A DNA stretch of 64,000 bases from Takakia lepidozioides (Eukaryota > Plantae > Bryophyta), in contig CM060731.1 of assembly GCA_030704615.1 (NCBI GenBank), positions 73,780,001 through 73,844,000 on the forward strand, in the 5' to 3' direction. A program made the position numbers and the translations under genes. A model generated the notes under the pieces. That model saw only the letters and a list, made by a program, of their open reading frames with translations. It searched no databases and was not told the origin of the DNA. Of the stretch, positions 63,321-64,000 are shown one piece after another (the first letter of the stretch is position 1; each line of letters begins with the position of its first letter).

Positions 63321-64000
63321 GCGTCTTTGCTTGCCCTCCCCACTAAAGGGAATCTGTGCTGATTTTGCAGGTGTTGATGCGGGAAGCATCTGATCACACC
63401 CGTGATTCTGCCTCCCCTTCTCAAGACCATTAATCGCCAGAGTCGAGAAATTTCTACTGCATGCCTATCCAGGTTACAAATTACAACAATCGTTCCGTCC
63501 CCTGCTCCCAAGAGTCATGGATTCTCAACTCCTTTCTCTTTTAGGGTTGATCTCACGAAATTTGTATGCAGCTAGACCTATATTTACCAGTCCCGTTGCA
63601 TTTGTTCATCTACACCAATTCATCCACGCCCCTCCTGCCAAGTTTGAAATGCTTGACTGTTTGGTTTTAGGTGAGATGTACGCGATGAGGGGTTCAGATG
63701 TTCTTGGGCTGTCGCCTCCGCAATGTGATCCTTGCAATATCGCAACCCAAATGAACTCCAAGGGGCGACAGAATGTCGCTGCTTCAAGGATCACACCGCA
63801 GAGGCGACATGTCCAAGAACGGATTCAATCCAAATGAACTCCCTACAACCCAAATCAGGTTGTAGTAAGCACATGTTTTCAGAGTTCGAATGATTGCACA
63901 GGACACGGTAACAGATCCAGCTTCTTTTACAGGAGGGGGTGGCAGGCAGTAGCTGAGGGCCGTGGCAGGGCAGCTCCGTGCGATGGACAAGCATGCCGCG

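Overview
Gene-dense eukaryotic nuclear DNA from a land plant, with short spliceosomal introns. The gene content and compact layout suggest a non-seed plant such as a hornwort or other bryophyte; this is inference only. Host genes in order: pectin methylesterase (+), ALMT anion channel (+), kinesin-12/PAKRP1-like motor (+), SMP-30/gluconolactonase (-), BT1-like adenine-nucleotide carrier (+, with a 5'-truncated RTE-X-like LINE inside a (CT)n tract in intron 1), 20S proteasome beta-7/PBG1 (+), an NPF/PTR transporter pseudogene with an internal 321-bp inversion (+), a decayed REase+kinase Crinkler-like gene (+), and an intronless SDN5-like exonuclease (-). The main feature is a 13.27-kb DNA transposon (39382-52652) with long TIRs (first 40 bp perfect) and a 5-bp AAGAG target-site duplication. 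It encodes a SWIM/Mutator-type DDE transposase that, from memory, resembles the domesticated plant SWIM genes At4g13970/At1g60560. It also carries a convergent, very large spliced gene (Zn finger, unknown domains, Gln-Thr repeats, Ulp1/C48 protease). The element is saturated with one short motif, AGTC(C/T)G / C(A/G)GACT, in TIRs, introns, tandem arrays and even coding sequence, which recalls the VANDAL/VANC anti-silencing design. This copy has been inactivated mainly by CAG->TAG and CGA->TGA changes. Exon coordinates were read by eye and family assignments come from remembered motifs, not from searches.
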